Of a stretch of DNA of 64,000 nt, positions 21,401 through 34,391 are shown one piece after another. How positions within the stretch are numbered: the first letter of the stretch is position 1; each line of letters starts with the position of its first letter. Source of the DNA: Lytechinus pictus (lineage: Eukaryota). The DNA is taken from the NCBI RefSeq assembly GCF_037042905.1, contig NC_087252.1:14634001-14698000 (forward strand), in the 5' to 3' direction. The notes beneath the pieces were generated by a model. It was given only the letters and a program-made list of their open reading frames with translations, was not told the DNA's origin and did no database searches. The position numbers and the translations under genes are program-made.

Positions 21401-23183
21401 GAGTGTATAAATACTTATGACTCTGTTTATGATTTTAAGATGAAAATGAGGTTTGATCCTTGAAATATGTTCCCTTTATCAAAATGTCATTTTCTTTTCA
21501 GTATTTTTGTCTTCAAGTTGAAATCGTGTTGGTTATTTTGAAAACACTGAATAGACTTATGCATTGACGTCATCGCGCCATCATCTTAATAGAGGCAGAA
21601 GCTGTTGCCTTGCATGCTTTGGTGATGTGCAGCTGGTGCATCTCTGACAACTTCCTAAGTTTCACACTTACACATGTGTAGATCTTATCCAGTGAAGGAG
21701 AGTACTATGGGATCATGACGTCACATATATGCAGAAGGTCTACTGTCCAATCTGATTGATTACCTTTGCACAAAATATTAATGTTTAAAGGTAAATGCTA
21801 GTTTTGGTAACGATATCAAAATGAGTTCTACAGAATCCAATGAAATGACCACCAAAGTGTCTGTTAAAACGCATGTGCCAAAGGATTCTGGAAGAAATTG
21901 TGTAATTGCTGAGAAATCAGCAAATAAGCACAGGATTCGGGTAGAGCGTCGGGCCCGACGCTCAAAGCAATAATTATACACTGTCCCACGTGCGCTTATC
22001 TGTGTTGGGGAAGTTCAGTCTGAACATTTTTCAGCGTAGATTTCAAGATTTCACAAAGTTCAGTTTATGTAACTGTACCAGATCTAGATCCTCGATGATA
22101 TACTGACAATTAAGCCTGGTTTTACAGACTTTCTCATGAAATCAGTGTTTACTGCAACTAATGGAATTTCTCTTTAAGTTAGACCAAAAGCTTCGGTCTC
22201 TGTTATATTGGTTGCGTCGCTGAACTCCGTTGGCTCCACTCACCAATGACAGAGACCGAAGTTCTAACTCGATCTGTACAGGGACTCAATGGCCATATGT
22301 TTATGTATTAAGTTCGGATTGCGCGACAGCTGAAGTACGTCACTGTTTTTTGTCCTTTTATGTTAATTTTTTCCTGTTTTGGTGCATTTCAGGCCAAAAC
22401 AGAATAATAATCTTTATTTTGGTCCAGTTCTTTTTACATATCTTTTATAAAATAAAGACAAAAATCTATGGGCCGCGTCGGGGGGGGGGGGGGATTTGCA
22501 TTGTTAATCCCTTAATGGTGGCTGCACGTTCGCGAGCCGTCTGTGTAAGAGGAGAAATAAAAGATTAAAAAAAATTTTTTATAACTTTTCGAAACAGATG
22601 GCTGCCAGCTGTCTATGTTTATGTATACTTTACGTTACAAGTTTACAGTCCCTGGACCGCTCCCTCCCTCCTTCCCTCTCACCAATAAAACAATGCTAGA
22701 TTCTTCCACATTACCAACGTGACCCTGTTCCAAATGTTTTGTCATGATAAGAATCGCATATATATACTAAATTAATCTGCATAAGTTTATGATGGTAAAG
22801 GCAGAGCTCTGACTTGTGGTTATGTGCCTTATTGAAAATAGTTTAATTACAAGGCATGATTTTTTCATTATGGGTCTATAGCTATGGGAAATAAAGACTC
22901 TTACTCACAACTGTTGTTTTAGCTTATACAGCACACATCATTCAGCAGGGAATACCTAGCTGTGCACACATGTAGTGTCCTTCACATAATTATTGAAAAG
23001 GTTCTTAACTCACCTAACAGATTCTTGTTCATTCTCCAAACTGACCATCTGTCTCATCGCATTGCTAGACCCGTAACTCCCATCAAAAGCAGGCTCTGAA
23101 ATGTGACTTTCATCATTCAACATGCATTGCTTGGACTGAGGATGAATGACCCTCTGGTCAGGAGATCTCTCTCGTTTCAGCAT
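18455..23183 (-). CDS. ZNF511: Zinc finger protein 511-like, 5 coding exons (23183-23014, 21214-21016, 20396-20287, 19283-19182, 18518-18455), 214 aa
   Basis: All introns GT-AG with compatible phases; CHVHGCSQSF...YEDHYNVCH, CRYCQRFYPTNHLLEIHLTENHDSFF, YRCLEEKC...RIGHLTSCHGYPASFSF and C-terminal RVPDIISFGIG match the ZNF511 family layout. Confidence 0.88.
18886..19070 (-). mobile_element. tRNA-derived SINE (partial) in a ZNF511 intron
   Basis: B-box-like gggttcaattccc plus core tgtgctgcactcaacccaggtgaggtgaatggg shared with the other SINE copies. Confidence 0.8.
20672..20900. mobile_element. Penelope-like element terminal-repeat fragments in inverted arrangement
   Basis: Arms 20672-20736 and 20781-20845 are reverse complements; taatattacaaat duplicated at 20663-20675 and 20902-20914; same sequence at 62582-62704; hammerhead-like core. 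Confidence 0.7.
21243..21513. repeat. Imperfect foldback / MITE next to the ZNF511 exon-2 acceptor
   Basis: gaagacaaaaata...aaaatcataaacagagtcat versus atgactctgtttatgatttt...tatttttgtcttc. Confidence 0.7.
21789..22173. mobile_element. Kolobok-type non-autonomous element
   Basis: TTAA flanks, AG...CT termini with imperfect TIR. Confidence 0.55.
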
Positions 23184-23462
23184 CTGAAATTAATTTGAAA
23201 TTAAATTATTATTGCCATTTTCACAGTAACCTTCAATGCAAACCCTAATAATAGTTACATGTAGGTGCTAGTTTGAGAGAACCATATCTTAGAAGATATT
23301 TTCATCACAGAGCCTAGATACAGGTATGAGAGACCCTTTTAGGTCTCATACTGTAGCACAAATTATGTTCTAATTCATGGAATTGGGGGAATTCCCTAAA
23401 ATTGGGGGGGGGGGATTCCCTAAATTCTGGGGTACATACAAATCTATCCATCATATTTAGAG

Positions 23463-24297
23463 ACAAGGCAAAAGCAATTTTGTGTCTCGCCCACTTATGA
23501 AAATAACCAGAAATATCGTGATTTGCGAGGGCACGCAAGAGAATTATATCGAAACTTCATTGTGAAATGACTGGGATGGAATAACACTTGTCATAAGAGT
23601 CTTGCATGTAAACTTTAACGTTGACCTGAAAATGACCTTTGACCTTACCATGTGTCCTCCGACTGCAGCATAACATGCAGGTCTCCCAAGTCCATCTACC
23701 ATCCAAGTTTGGTTGAAATAAAACTTACAGTTGCGAAGTTAGGTGTCATAAGAGAGTCTTGCATGTAAACTTTAACGTTGACCTGAAAATGACCTTTGAC
23801 TTTATCATGTGACCTCCGACTGTAGCATAACATGCAGGTCCCCCAAGTCCATCTGCCATTCAAGTTTGGTTGAAAAGCGACTTACGGTTGCGGAGTTAGG
23901 TGTCATAACAGAGTCTTGCATGTAAACTTTAACATTGACCTAAAAATGACCTTTGACCAAACCATATGACCTCAGACTGCAGCATAACATGCAGATCCCC
24001 AAGTCCATCTACCATCCAAGTTCGGTTGAAAAGCGACTTACGGTTGTGGAGTTAGGTGTCACAAGAGTCTTGCATGTAAACTTTAACGTTGACCTGAAAA
24101 TGACCTTTGACCTTACCATGTGACCTCAGACTGCAGCATAACATGCAGGTCCCCCAAGTCCATCTACCATCCAAGTTTGGTTGAAAAGCGACTTACGGTT
24201 GTAGAGTTAAATTTCATTACAGGTTTGTGACGGACGGACGACGGACGACATTTGGATCCCTAAGTCTCGCCTTCACCTCTGTTGGGCGAGACAAAAA
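23463..24297 (+). mobile_element. Helentron/HINE-like element with about 4 units of ~156 bp
   Basis: Subterminal IR tgtctcgccca / tgggcgagaca, unit marker cttgcatg at 23601, 23758, 23915, 24069, (gacg)n microsatellite, 3' hairpin and A run. Confidence 0.75.
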
Positions 24298-24737
24298 GTG
24301 ATCAAAAGCCAAATGCCTGTGTTGAACTCATTTTTAATTCATCAAACTCTCCAACATGAAATGAATCTAACGTTCTTCCTATCCTATATTTCATTGACGA
24401 TTCGAAAACATTACATTTGCAATCACAAGTTTGACTGCGGCCGCCAGCATGCCAGCACATAGATTCTACTTGTAATTGCAGTGTTTTTTAGTCTGAGAAA
24501 TATTGCTTGAGGAGAGAGGGAACCAGAGAACGTCTTTACATCAGGATCAAAGCTTTTTGCATCAAATCTTTTGAAAATCACTGAAGCGAGGTTTCTTCAC
24601 ATATATTCGCTCTAAGTAGAGGTACAAGTTTGTTTGACAACTGGTTTCCAAATGCATGGACATGATGGGCCTGCAAGGCTGCAACCCTATGACAAGAAGG
24701 TCAAAGATGTCAGTGAAGAGTGTTTTCCATGCATCCA

Positions 24738-25687
24738 CTCATTCAATGAACAAGGTTATGATATAACCTTGTTCTCAGTTACATCTCCATGTATGGCAAA
24801 ATAAGAGTGGCAATTTTGGCTTATTTTCTCTTTTTCTATGGGACAAACGCTTGATTTTTTTACACTGTCAGTTTCCAATACAGCTATTTATCATATAACT
24901 TGGCTCTTATGTAAATTTGATTCTTTAAATTATTTTTTCTTAATTAAAAATAGAGATTGAAAAATGAAAATTTTCTTGCCATATTACTTTCCACCAATAG
25001 AGGGCGTACGCAAAAATATGCCCAAAATTCAAGTTTTTGAGCACTCTGGTGAATACAAAAATTATTCCCAAGTTACTAATGAAAAATAAATTGCAACTGT
25101 ATGGAAATTAGTAATTTTGGTCACAAAAGTGATATTTTAATGATTATTTAAAGTGTGTGCTATGTACAGCATTGGCATACCATAGTCCTACCTGTAGATT
25201 CCCCACAGACAGGATGGTTGCAGTGAACAAGTGCATGCATCCATGTTTTGCCAATGCTGTACACAACTCACACTTTAAAAAAATCATTAAAATATCACTT
25301 TTGTGACCAAAAATACTAACTTCCATACAGTTGAGATTTATTTTTCATTAGTAACTTGGAAATAATTTTTGTATTCACTAAAGTATAGAGTGCTCCAAAA
25401 CTTGAATTTGGGGCATATTTTTGTATATGCCCTCTATTGCTGGAAAATAATATAGGAAGATTTTTCATTTTTCAATCTCTATTTTTAATAGCATAAAAAA
25501 TAATTAAAAGATTCAAATTTACTGAAGTCAAGAGCCAAGTTATATGATGATTAGCTGTAATGGAATCTCACATTGTCAAACAAAGGAGAGAAAATAAACC
25601 AAACATTGCCAATCTTATTTTGCCACTGTTCTTGCTTGCCCTTGCGGGCCTGGCTTGGCCTTGCCCTTGGCTTGTTCATTGAATGAG
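24738..25687. mobile_element. Large foldback (near-palindromic) element
   Basis: ctcattcaatgaacaag / cttgttcattgaatgag ends; arms of about 440 bp are reverse complements around a short spacer near 25180-25250. Confidence 0.8.
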
Positions 25688-25761
25688 AGACGCCAACCAA
25701 GTTGGCGCTGTACACTGATTTAGAAAGCAGTTTTGCATAGCTGAACAGGCCTACCCTGCAG

Positions 25762-26897
25762 CAGGCCTCTACAAAAAAAAATTTTCATCACTTGCCCAAC
25801 AGGGCAAGTGATGAAAATATTTGCTTGCCCGATAGAAAAAACTGCTTGCCCAATTTGTTTTATTATTTTCTTTCATTATTTTTTTTACGACGGTACTATT
25901 ATTTATGAGGATCATATAAATAAAAACAATTGAGAATCATGTGGAGTAAAGAACACACATTTATATTTATAAGTATATTTTCAGCAAAGTAGGCCTGAGT
26001 CATTACGTTTATTTTGAAGATTTTGAAGATTTTGCTATAGTACTAGCAGATCTAAATGGGCGTTAAAGGTTAAAAAAAGTATTTTAAAAAAGAAGAAAAA
26101 TAAGAAGAAGAAAAAAAAAAAAATTCCCCAAAAGTTGCTAAAATTTCATATTTTGCATCTTTAAATCCATGCCATTTATTTTCCATATTATCTTGAAATT
26201 GTTTTGATTTAGTTGGAAGCTATCAAGAAAATTAAGAATATTCACCTCTCTCTTGTCTTTTCATCATCGTATTATGATGTTACACTCGGTCAATATTTTT
26301 TTATATCGTGGTCCCACATGTAGACTTTCATGGTGTTGCAACATTATACTTGGTCAACACCATGAAAGTCTACATGTGGGACAACAGTAAGAAAAAACAT
26401 TTACCGAACGTAACATCATCAAAGTCAGAGTCAAGAAAGAGCTTAATATTCTTCATTTTTTTTCGGTTGTTTCCAACTAGATCAAAACAATCTCAAGGTA
26501 ATATGAAAAATAGACGTCCATTTCATGTATTTAAAGATTACAAATGTGAAATTTTAGCCACTTTTGCCTTTCTTTTTTTTTTTTTTTTGGAGGGGGTTGC
26601 ATCAGCAAATTGCGCAAGATAGTAGCGCATGCGCACATAGAACGTAAGATGAGATGGCACGGTTCTTCAAACGAGGTACCTGGCGTTAAATTATCTGTAT
26701 TTGGCGCTGATTTTACATCAGTTTCCACTGTTTTTTTACTGGTTTGACAATATATGAGAGATAGTTGTGATTATCACTGACATTTTATTATTTTATTTTC
26801 AAAACATTCACTTGCACGATCGGGCAATTGACTTTGAGAAATGCTTGCCCATCCGTCATTTTCACTTGCCCCGGGCAAGCGGGTTTGTCGCGCCCTG
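25762..26897. mobile_element. hAT- or P-like non-autonomous element containing a foldback (~26130-26565)
   Basis: CAGG...CCTG termini, cctgcag duplicated on both sides, cttgccc subterminal motifs; central hairpin gtcccacatgtagactttcatggtgttg / caacaccatgaaagtctacatgtgggac. Confidence 0.6.
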
Positions 26898-28919
26898 CCT
26901 GCAGTATAAAATAAATAACACCAATTAATATATAACTAAATAAAATAACAAAATGAGCGTGCTTTCGGTCGGATAGAAAACTAACGTCCATGCGCAGTGA
27001 GTCACCACGTCCAATTTTTTTACTGTTGCGCCACTCACCTGTCACTGCCTGACTACAATGGTTCTAGAAATCTTTTGCAATGTTGAAAAGTGTCTTGTGG
27101 CATCTGATATTAATCCTCAGTAATTCCCTGAAATGCTGCAACGTTTGGTTAAAAGATCCAGCAAAAGACGAGTTTAGCGCAGTCAAAGTCAGACTTGCAA
27201 ATTTGGATCCGTACGGTGTGAATTTAAGCTGCCATTTTTCTCGGGCGACGATTTGAGACACCCACACTAAGCAATCAATGTTTCCAAAACTGCCCGCTCA
27301 AGTAACCAATATTTGGTATCAAAATATAGATTATAAAAAAATGCTCACGATCATTTCATTTTGAAGGTGGGGGTGACAATTGTTATCAAAATAAGAGGGG
27401 GTGGCGACTCAACGTATATCTCAACCCACGGAGAGGTTTCAACAACGCAGCTGAGTCAATGCACTTTTGTATACGATCGGTGCGTGTGTGTGCGCATGCG
27501 CGATATGTCTGTGTAGTAAATGTATTGGATTTTTCGAATCGGCGACTCAAAATATACCCATCATAGACCTTATCGCAAATAGCGTCTGTCGCGTGAGGGC
27601 GTCTGTCATCGCAGAGGATCACGGGATGCGAAAGGGGGCAAACGCGGAATCGGCTTTCGGGAAGCCATACAACGCCATATGTTTTGTGTAGTGTCACTCA
27701 AAATCCAGGCTTTTTTTTAAGTCTGATTTCTTTGTATTTAAATTATTTTGGATACTTGAATGTGGATTTATAGAACAATCTTTGTATCATGATTGCCCAG
27801 TGAAAGTATGAACTCAATACTCACCGTATTTTCGAAGATTTCTGGGGCTAAACTTGGGAAGATTTTGTGGGAAAAGTGAGACGGTGATTGCGGGTCAATG
27901 CCGATCGACTTTAGAAAAGACCACGTCGGTGATCCAAATTAGATAGCATATTTTTCCATTTAAAAATATTCATGAGAATCATAATGTAGACCATATATCT
28001 CCATATAAATTTAGCTAGTTTTTGTTATTTTGGGGGAAATATAGTCCTTTTTTGCAACTCGGGCTGTTTAGTTTGATCATACAAGTTCTATATAGGGGGT
28101 GCATGAGACAAATTTAAAGCCAAAAATAAGCTAGTGTATGTATATATATATATATATATATATAATGTTAAGGGCATATAAAATAATAGGCCTATGACAT
28201 GCAGAATAAAGATTAAATAAATCCCTGAATTTAAAACATTTTATGATCCTGTATAGGCCCTATATCTCCAACCTCTCTGTAATTTTATTTTGTCTGAAAC
28301 TTAGCAGATGATGGATATTTAATTCATATAAATGATATATAGGCCCTATTCCATTCTTTTGATAAAAAATCTTATTTCAACATTTACATTAAGTTCATCG
28401 CATTCAGTCACTTCTCTTTCAGATCACCTTCCTCATTAATTTCTTTTTTTAGCTTATTTTTCTCTCAATATACTTTCATCTATTCTAATTTTTTCATCTA
28501 TTCTCATTTTTCTATTTCATTCATTGTTTTGTCTATGCGTGCCACTAATAAAACTTCAGAATTTCCGACCACGATCCTGAATAATATTATATATCTGTGG
28601 AGAGAAAAAGAAAACACAGCTCGGTTTATAGGCCTACTCTGAATAAAATCATGATTGAGATAATTATTTATGAAACATGTATTCTTGATTATCGATTGAT
28701 ATTACAAAAATATCAAACTAGAATAAGGTAATCAAATCTACTGCAAAGTTTGTTTTATTGATCATCATTTTATTATTTGTTGGAATTCCGGGACCAGTTT
28801 CCTCCACTGCCTCGCCGACGTACCCCTGGGCCGAGAGTGCACGCCCGCTGTCCGTGCACACAAGCACACTTTGCACAGCAGCTGCACAGCTCAAAATACG
28901 CACAGACAGTGCGCGAAAA

Positions 28920-29000
28920 TGAAAGAAAATTGCACTTGTCTTCATAAAATCTGCGGTAATTCTTGCAGCTATAGACAGCACATCTATCTCTGCCACCCAT
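28920..29000 (-). pseudogene. Possible THAP-domain N-terminal relic
   Basis: MGGRDRCAVYSCKNYRRFYEDKCNFLSF resembles a THAP start (C-x4-C); no continuation seen. Confidence 0.35.
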
Positions 29001-29850
29001 GATTAAGAAGAAAAGTGATGTTAGACTCTGGAACAAATATGAAGAGGCGTTTACTGGAAGTTAGCAAAATGTTGGCTGCGGGCGTCGATCGTATTTTGAT
29101 ACACTATGGAAATCGTACACTTTATTGTCGGCTGCTTGCGCTCGCATCCGGACAACAGCGGCGCTATTGCCCCCTTTGCGATCCCATGATCCTTTGCGTG
29201 AATCTATTTGCGATAAGGTCTAGGCCTATTACTAGTAATAGTAGTAATAGTATTGACTATTGATTGTGTCGCCGTTCCGGAAGTGTGTAATCTGGTAATT
29301 CATGATGTTCTTACTAAAAACTGTGGCAATTTCAGGAGAAAAGTTTATCATATATTTTAAGGGATTTGTGGATACTTTCATCTCATACAAAGATTTGGGT
29401 AAGAATTTTTTTTTGGTTGCAAAATTGAAGGTTGAAGACTGCCGATGGCGACTCACTGCGCATGGCCATGGACGTTAGGACTCGTTGCAGTGGTTGCCGC
29501 CGCCCAGGGGCTCCGGGGAGACGGTTAGCGGTTGCTGAACACACTGCACCATTTCCTCAGCTTAGCCGCCACGCGGCACAAGTCCCGATCCCATCCCCTT
29601 TTCAGCATTTCCTTTTATCGAATGATTAACTAGTTCTATCCCCTCCCTCCCTGTACCCATAATCTTACCTGTTATTGGCACTGGCAACCAAATCATAAAA
29701 GGCAAATAGGAAGGAAGATTCCCAAATCCATAGATAGTCAGAGTGTGACTGAATTGCGAGAGCGGAAGTGTCTATGGCAAGCTGTTTGTTTATCTCTATT
29801 TCCAGTTTTCTTTCGATTTCAAAAGGGCGGCAGGCGGCAGGGCGTATAAA

Positions 29851-30494
29851 CCCGGGGGGCGCGTTTCCGTTTTACACCCTGGCGAAGGCATTTTCCGCAA
29901 AAATAGCCACAAAGCGACTAGTGAAGAGTCTACACACGTCGCTGGTTGCAGCGTGCGACACAGGCGAGTCCCACACCACCGCATGCAGTCTGCACAGTTA
30001 CTGATCAGAGCATTTCATGTACAGAGAGCAGTCATATGAGTGAAATCCGAACATGCTTTTGCAGTTAGGTTTTTTCTTAATGAAAAGTTAAGAAATTTTT
30101 TTTTCTTCTAAATATAAATTATTAACCAAATGAATAGAATGACAGACAAAATAAACAGATACATACAATAGAAAGAAAATTGAAGTTTGATGGATTGATA
30201 CACTTAGATGCCGAAAGATAGATATAGAAGACTGATAAATAGATAGAGACATAGATAAATAGATAGAAGTAGAGAGAGAGAGAGAAAGACAGAGAGATGG
30301 ATAGATAGATAGATTGATAGATAGATGGGGGGGGGGAGAGAACTTGATAGATGGAGAGATGTTATAGAGAGATGGATAGATAGATAGATAGATAGATAGA
30401 TTGATTGATAGATATATTGATTGATAGATAGATAGATAGATAGATATATGGACGGATAAAGAGAAATAGAGAGAGAGAAAAAGACAGACAGATG

Positions 30495-30526
<32 letters not shown>

Positions 30527-30689
30527 ATCTGAGGGATAGATATTAGATAGATAGATAAAGAATGAGAGAGACAGAGAAGATGGGCAAATTAACAGATAGA
30601 TAGATACTGTAGTTACATAGATAGATAAATAGATAGAGACATAGATAAATAGATAGAAGTAGAGAGAGAGAGAGAAAGACAGAGAGATG

Positions 30690-30724
<35 letters not shown>

Positions 30725-31550
30725 GGGGGAGAGAACTTGAGAGATGGAGAGATGTTATAGATAGATGGATAGATAGATAGATAGATTGATTGATAGATAG
30801 ATAGATATATGGACGGATAAAGAGAAATAGAGAGAGAGAGAGAAAAAGACAGACAGATGGATAGATAGAGAGAGAGAGAGAGAATCTGAGAGATAGATAT
30901 TAGATAGATAGATAAAGAATGAGAGAGACAGAGAATATGGGCAAATTAACAGATAGATAGATACTGTAGTAACATATATAGATAGATAAATAGATAGATA
31001 GATAGATAGAGAGAAATAGAGAAAGACAGACAGATGGATAGATAGATAGATAGATAGAGAGAGGGGGAGAGAGAGAGAGAAAGAGAGAAAACAAGACAGA
31101 TGGATAGATAGATAGATAAAGAATGAGAGAGACAGAAAATATTAACAGATAGATAGATAGATACTGTAGTTACATAGATAGATAGAGATAGAATTTGAGA
31201 GATAGATTTAAAAATAGATAGATAGAAGATAGATAGATAGAGAGAGAGAAAGACAGAAAGATGGATAGATAGATAGATAGAGAGGGGGAGAGAGAGATAG
31301 AGAATTGAGAGATAGATAGATGTTAGATAGATAAAGAATGAGAGAGACAGAAAAGAGCGACAAATTAACAGATAGATAGATACTGCAGTTACATATAGTT
31401 AGATAGAAGATAGATAGATAGATTGATAGAGAGAGAACTAGAGAACTAGAGAAAGACAGATGGATAGATAGAGAGAGAGAGAGATAGATGTTAGATAGAT
31501 AAAGAATGAGAGACAGAGAAGATTAACAGATAGATAGATACTGTAGTTAC

Positions 31551-31604
<54 letters not shown>

Positions 31605-32707
31605 CTATATAGATATAATTTGAGAGATAGATATATAGACGGATAGAGAGAAAAAGACAGACAGATGGATAGATAGAGAGAATTTGAGATCAAAGACTGA
31701 AATAAGTGAACGTTTACATACAAATAGAATCATAACAAAATATAAAGTAAACATTATAAATAAATATCAAATACAATACAAATTCATACAGATGAAAAAG
31801 AAATGTATCATAAATAAATACAAAGGGCCAAAAGTAATACAAAGTGTCACCAAAGAAGAAAAAAGCGGAATGAAAGATTAAGAAGAAAGAGGTGGGAGAA
31901 GGGAAAGAAATTGGGATAAGACAAAGAGAAGGGAAAGCAAGAGGGGGAATTTGAAAGAGAATAGGAGGCAACCTTCAGAAAAAAAAAACTCATTATGCAA
32001 TACAAGACATTTAACAATGGTAACAAGTAAATAAAGTAGTAATTGAATCGAATCGAGCACAAAAAAGGGAAAAGTATAGAGCTGAGGAAATAGACTCCCG
32101 AAGGAAGTCGAGGCAGTGTTGATATTGCACATGAGTAGATTAATAGATGGATAGAGAGAAATAAAAGAGAGACAGATGGATAGATAGAGAATTTGAGAGA
32201 TAGATGTTAGATGGATAGATAGATAGACAGATAGATAGGTAGATAGAGAATGAGAGAGACAGAGTAGATAGACAAATTAACAGATAGATATATCATGTAG
32301 TTCCATAGATTGATTTATAAGATAGATAGTGGATAGACAGATATGATAGATATAAGGATAGATATGATATGAAAAAAGGTAATTATGTGTTTTATTTTTC
32401 AATATTTTAGCTATTATTCGTTTTCATTCATATAAACGATCATGTGCGATAAAGTAAAAAAAAAATCATGAAGCCAACGTATATAGTTCAGCGGTGACAA
32501 CCAAAATACAGAGACTGAAGCTTTTGGTCTATAAGCTCAGCTGCATTTGCACGTATGTTCTGCGGATATCTTCGGTGCGGACTTTTGGATCGCGCGCCCA
32601 GCTGATTATGTAAACAAACGTAGACGTAGACTCTTCACTAGTCGCTTTGTGGCTATTTTTCCGGAAAATGCCTTCGCCAGGGTGTAAAACGGAAACGCGC
32701 ACCCGGG
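29851..32707. mobile_element. Non-autonomous DNA transposon with ~83-bp TIRs enclosing a GATA/AG microsatellite block
   Basis: cccggggggcgcgtttccgttttacaccctggcgaaggc...gaagagtctac (29851-29933) is inverted at 32627-32707. Confidence 0.8.
30200..31690. repeat. Complex (TAGA)n/(AG)n microsatellite with higher-order repeats
   Basis: Direct reading; block starting ataaatagatagagacatag recurs at 30235 and 30625. Confidence 0.95.
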
Positions 32708-33238
32708 GGGGGGGGGGCACTCAGTATATAATGCATAGTGGGTATGTGCCGCGGAGGGGACCCCCATTTTCACACTCAAATTTTCGTTCCGAGGCATAGC
32801 ATTTTTGTCTTATCGAGACAAAAAACAAAGAAAGCCGCTCCAAGGCATAGCACTTTGTTCTTATCGAGAAAAAAAAGAAAGAAATCCGCTCCAAAGCTTC
32901 GCATATTTTTCGTTACGCCGTTCCGGTCGCATTGATCTGCTGCAATTTTGGTGAAAAGCGGCCGCCGAGCGCTGTCCGACCATCGTCTCTGCGCTAGCGC
33001 ACCCAGCGGAGGCCGCGTGCTAGCTGCATCATGCACGCATGCCCGTTCCATAGGGGTGCATACGCACGTACTCGCACGCTGGCGATCCGTTCCAAGGACC
33101 CCCGTTTTCACAAAATTGTAGTTCCGAAACCCGTTCCGAGGACCCTCCTTTTTACAATAAGCCCGCTCCAAGGCCCCCGTTTTTCGTCTCGCCCGCGGCA
33201 CACCCCTACCACTTTTTTGGTCGAGTGCCCCCCCCGGG
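32702..33238. mobile_element. MITE with CCCGGG(G)nCACTC termini
   Basis: cccgggg...ggcactc / gagtgccccccccggg. Confidence 0.8.
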
Positions 33239-33561
33239 CGTATAAATTACGATATGCTGCACACTGATGCGGGAATTTCAGGAAGGGGTGTCACTATAAC
33301 CACTGCTCACCACAAATTGTAATAATTGTCTTGTCTTGTCTTGTCTTGTGAATACTGCACTTGAACGCCCCAAAGACAGAAAGAGGCTATACCGTAGACG
33401 TGCAGGCCATTCATGCAATACGCGTCCCAAAACGTAGAAAATGTTTGGGGGGGGGGTCCATTCTATCGGGAGCGAGAGATATATTTTTGTCTACCTATAC
33501 CCTATTCATGCTAGTACCGCAAATAATAATGCTTGAATCATTCTCTAATATTAAAGTTTAA

Positions 33562-34159
33562 GGGTCAAGTCCACCTCAGAAAAATTTTGATTTGAATCAA
33601 TAGAGAAAAATCAGACAAGCATAATGCTGAAAATTTCATCAAAATCAGATGTAAATGAAGAAACTTATGACATTTTAAAGTTTCGCTTATTTTTCACAAA
33701 ATAATTATATGCACAATTAAGTCACATGCAAATGAGAGAATCGATGATGTCCCTCACTCACTATTTCTTTTGTTTTTTATTGTTTGAATCATTTAAATTT
33801 TTACAGATTTGACAATAAGACCAACTTGACTGAACCATTTAATGTTAAACAATGGTAATTCCACGTGTTCAGGGCGAAATAAAACTTTGTTCACAGGACA
33901 ATGAGGAGAAAATTAGAATATTTCATATTTCATATAATAAAATACAAAAAAAAATAGTGGGTGAGCGATGTCATCAGTAGTGCCCTCATTTGCATACCGA
34001 CCAGGATGTGAATATAACTATTTTGTGAAATTAAGCGAAACTTAAAATTGTCATAACTTTCTTATTGTCCATCCGATTTTGATGAAATTTTCGGTGTTGT
34101 GCTTGTTGAATTTTTCTCTTATTATTCAAATCCACTTTTGGTTTGGGTGGACTTGTCCT
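33562..34159. mobile_element. Kolobok-type MITE
   Basis: TTAA flanks; TIR gggtcaagtccacc / ggtggacttgtcct, with longer subterminal inverted similarity. Confidence 0.8.
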
Positions 34160-34224
34160 TTAAGGAGGCAATGGGGCAAGCAGGTGATAATTAAAATCTT
34201 ACATATCTATTGTCTTCATGTCTA

Positions 34225-34391
34225 TTGTGCTGCACTCAACCCAGGTGAGGTAAATGGGTACCGGTAGGAAGTAATTCCTTAAAAAGCTGTGTGCACTATG
34301 AACGCCTAGCTTAGCCGGGTAATATAGGAGCGCCTTGAGCACCTAACAAGGTGGATATGTGCGCAATATAAATACCCTATATTATTATTAT
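34225..34391 (+). mobile_element. SINE 3' part
   Basis: tgtgctgcactcaacccaggtgaggtaaatgggtacc core and (att)n tail. Confidence 0.75.

Noticed and set aside
27039..27260. Candidate non-coding first exon of ZNF511 (minus-strand gtgagt donor at 27038)
   Set aside because: Plausible, but a donor alone is not enough without transcript data
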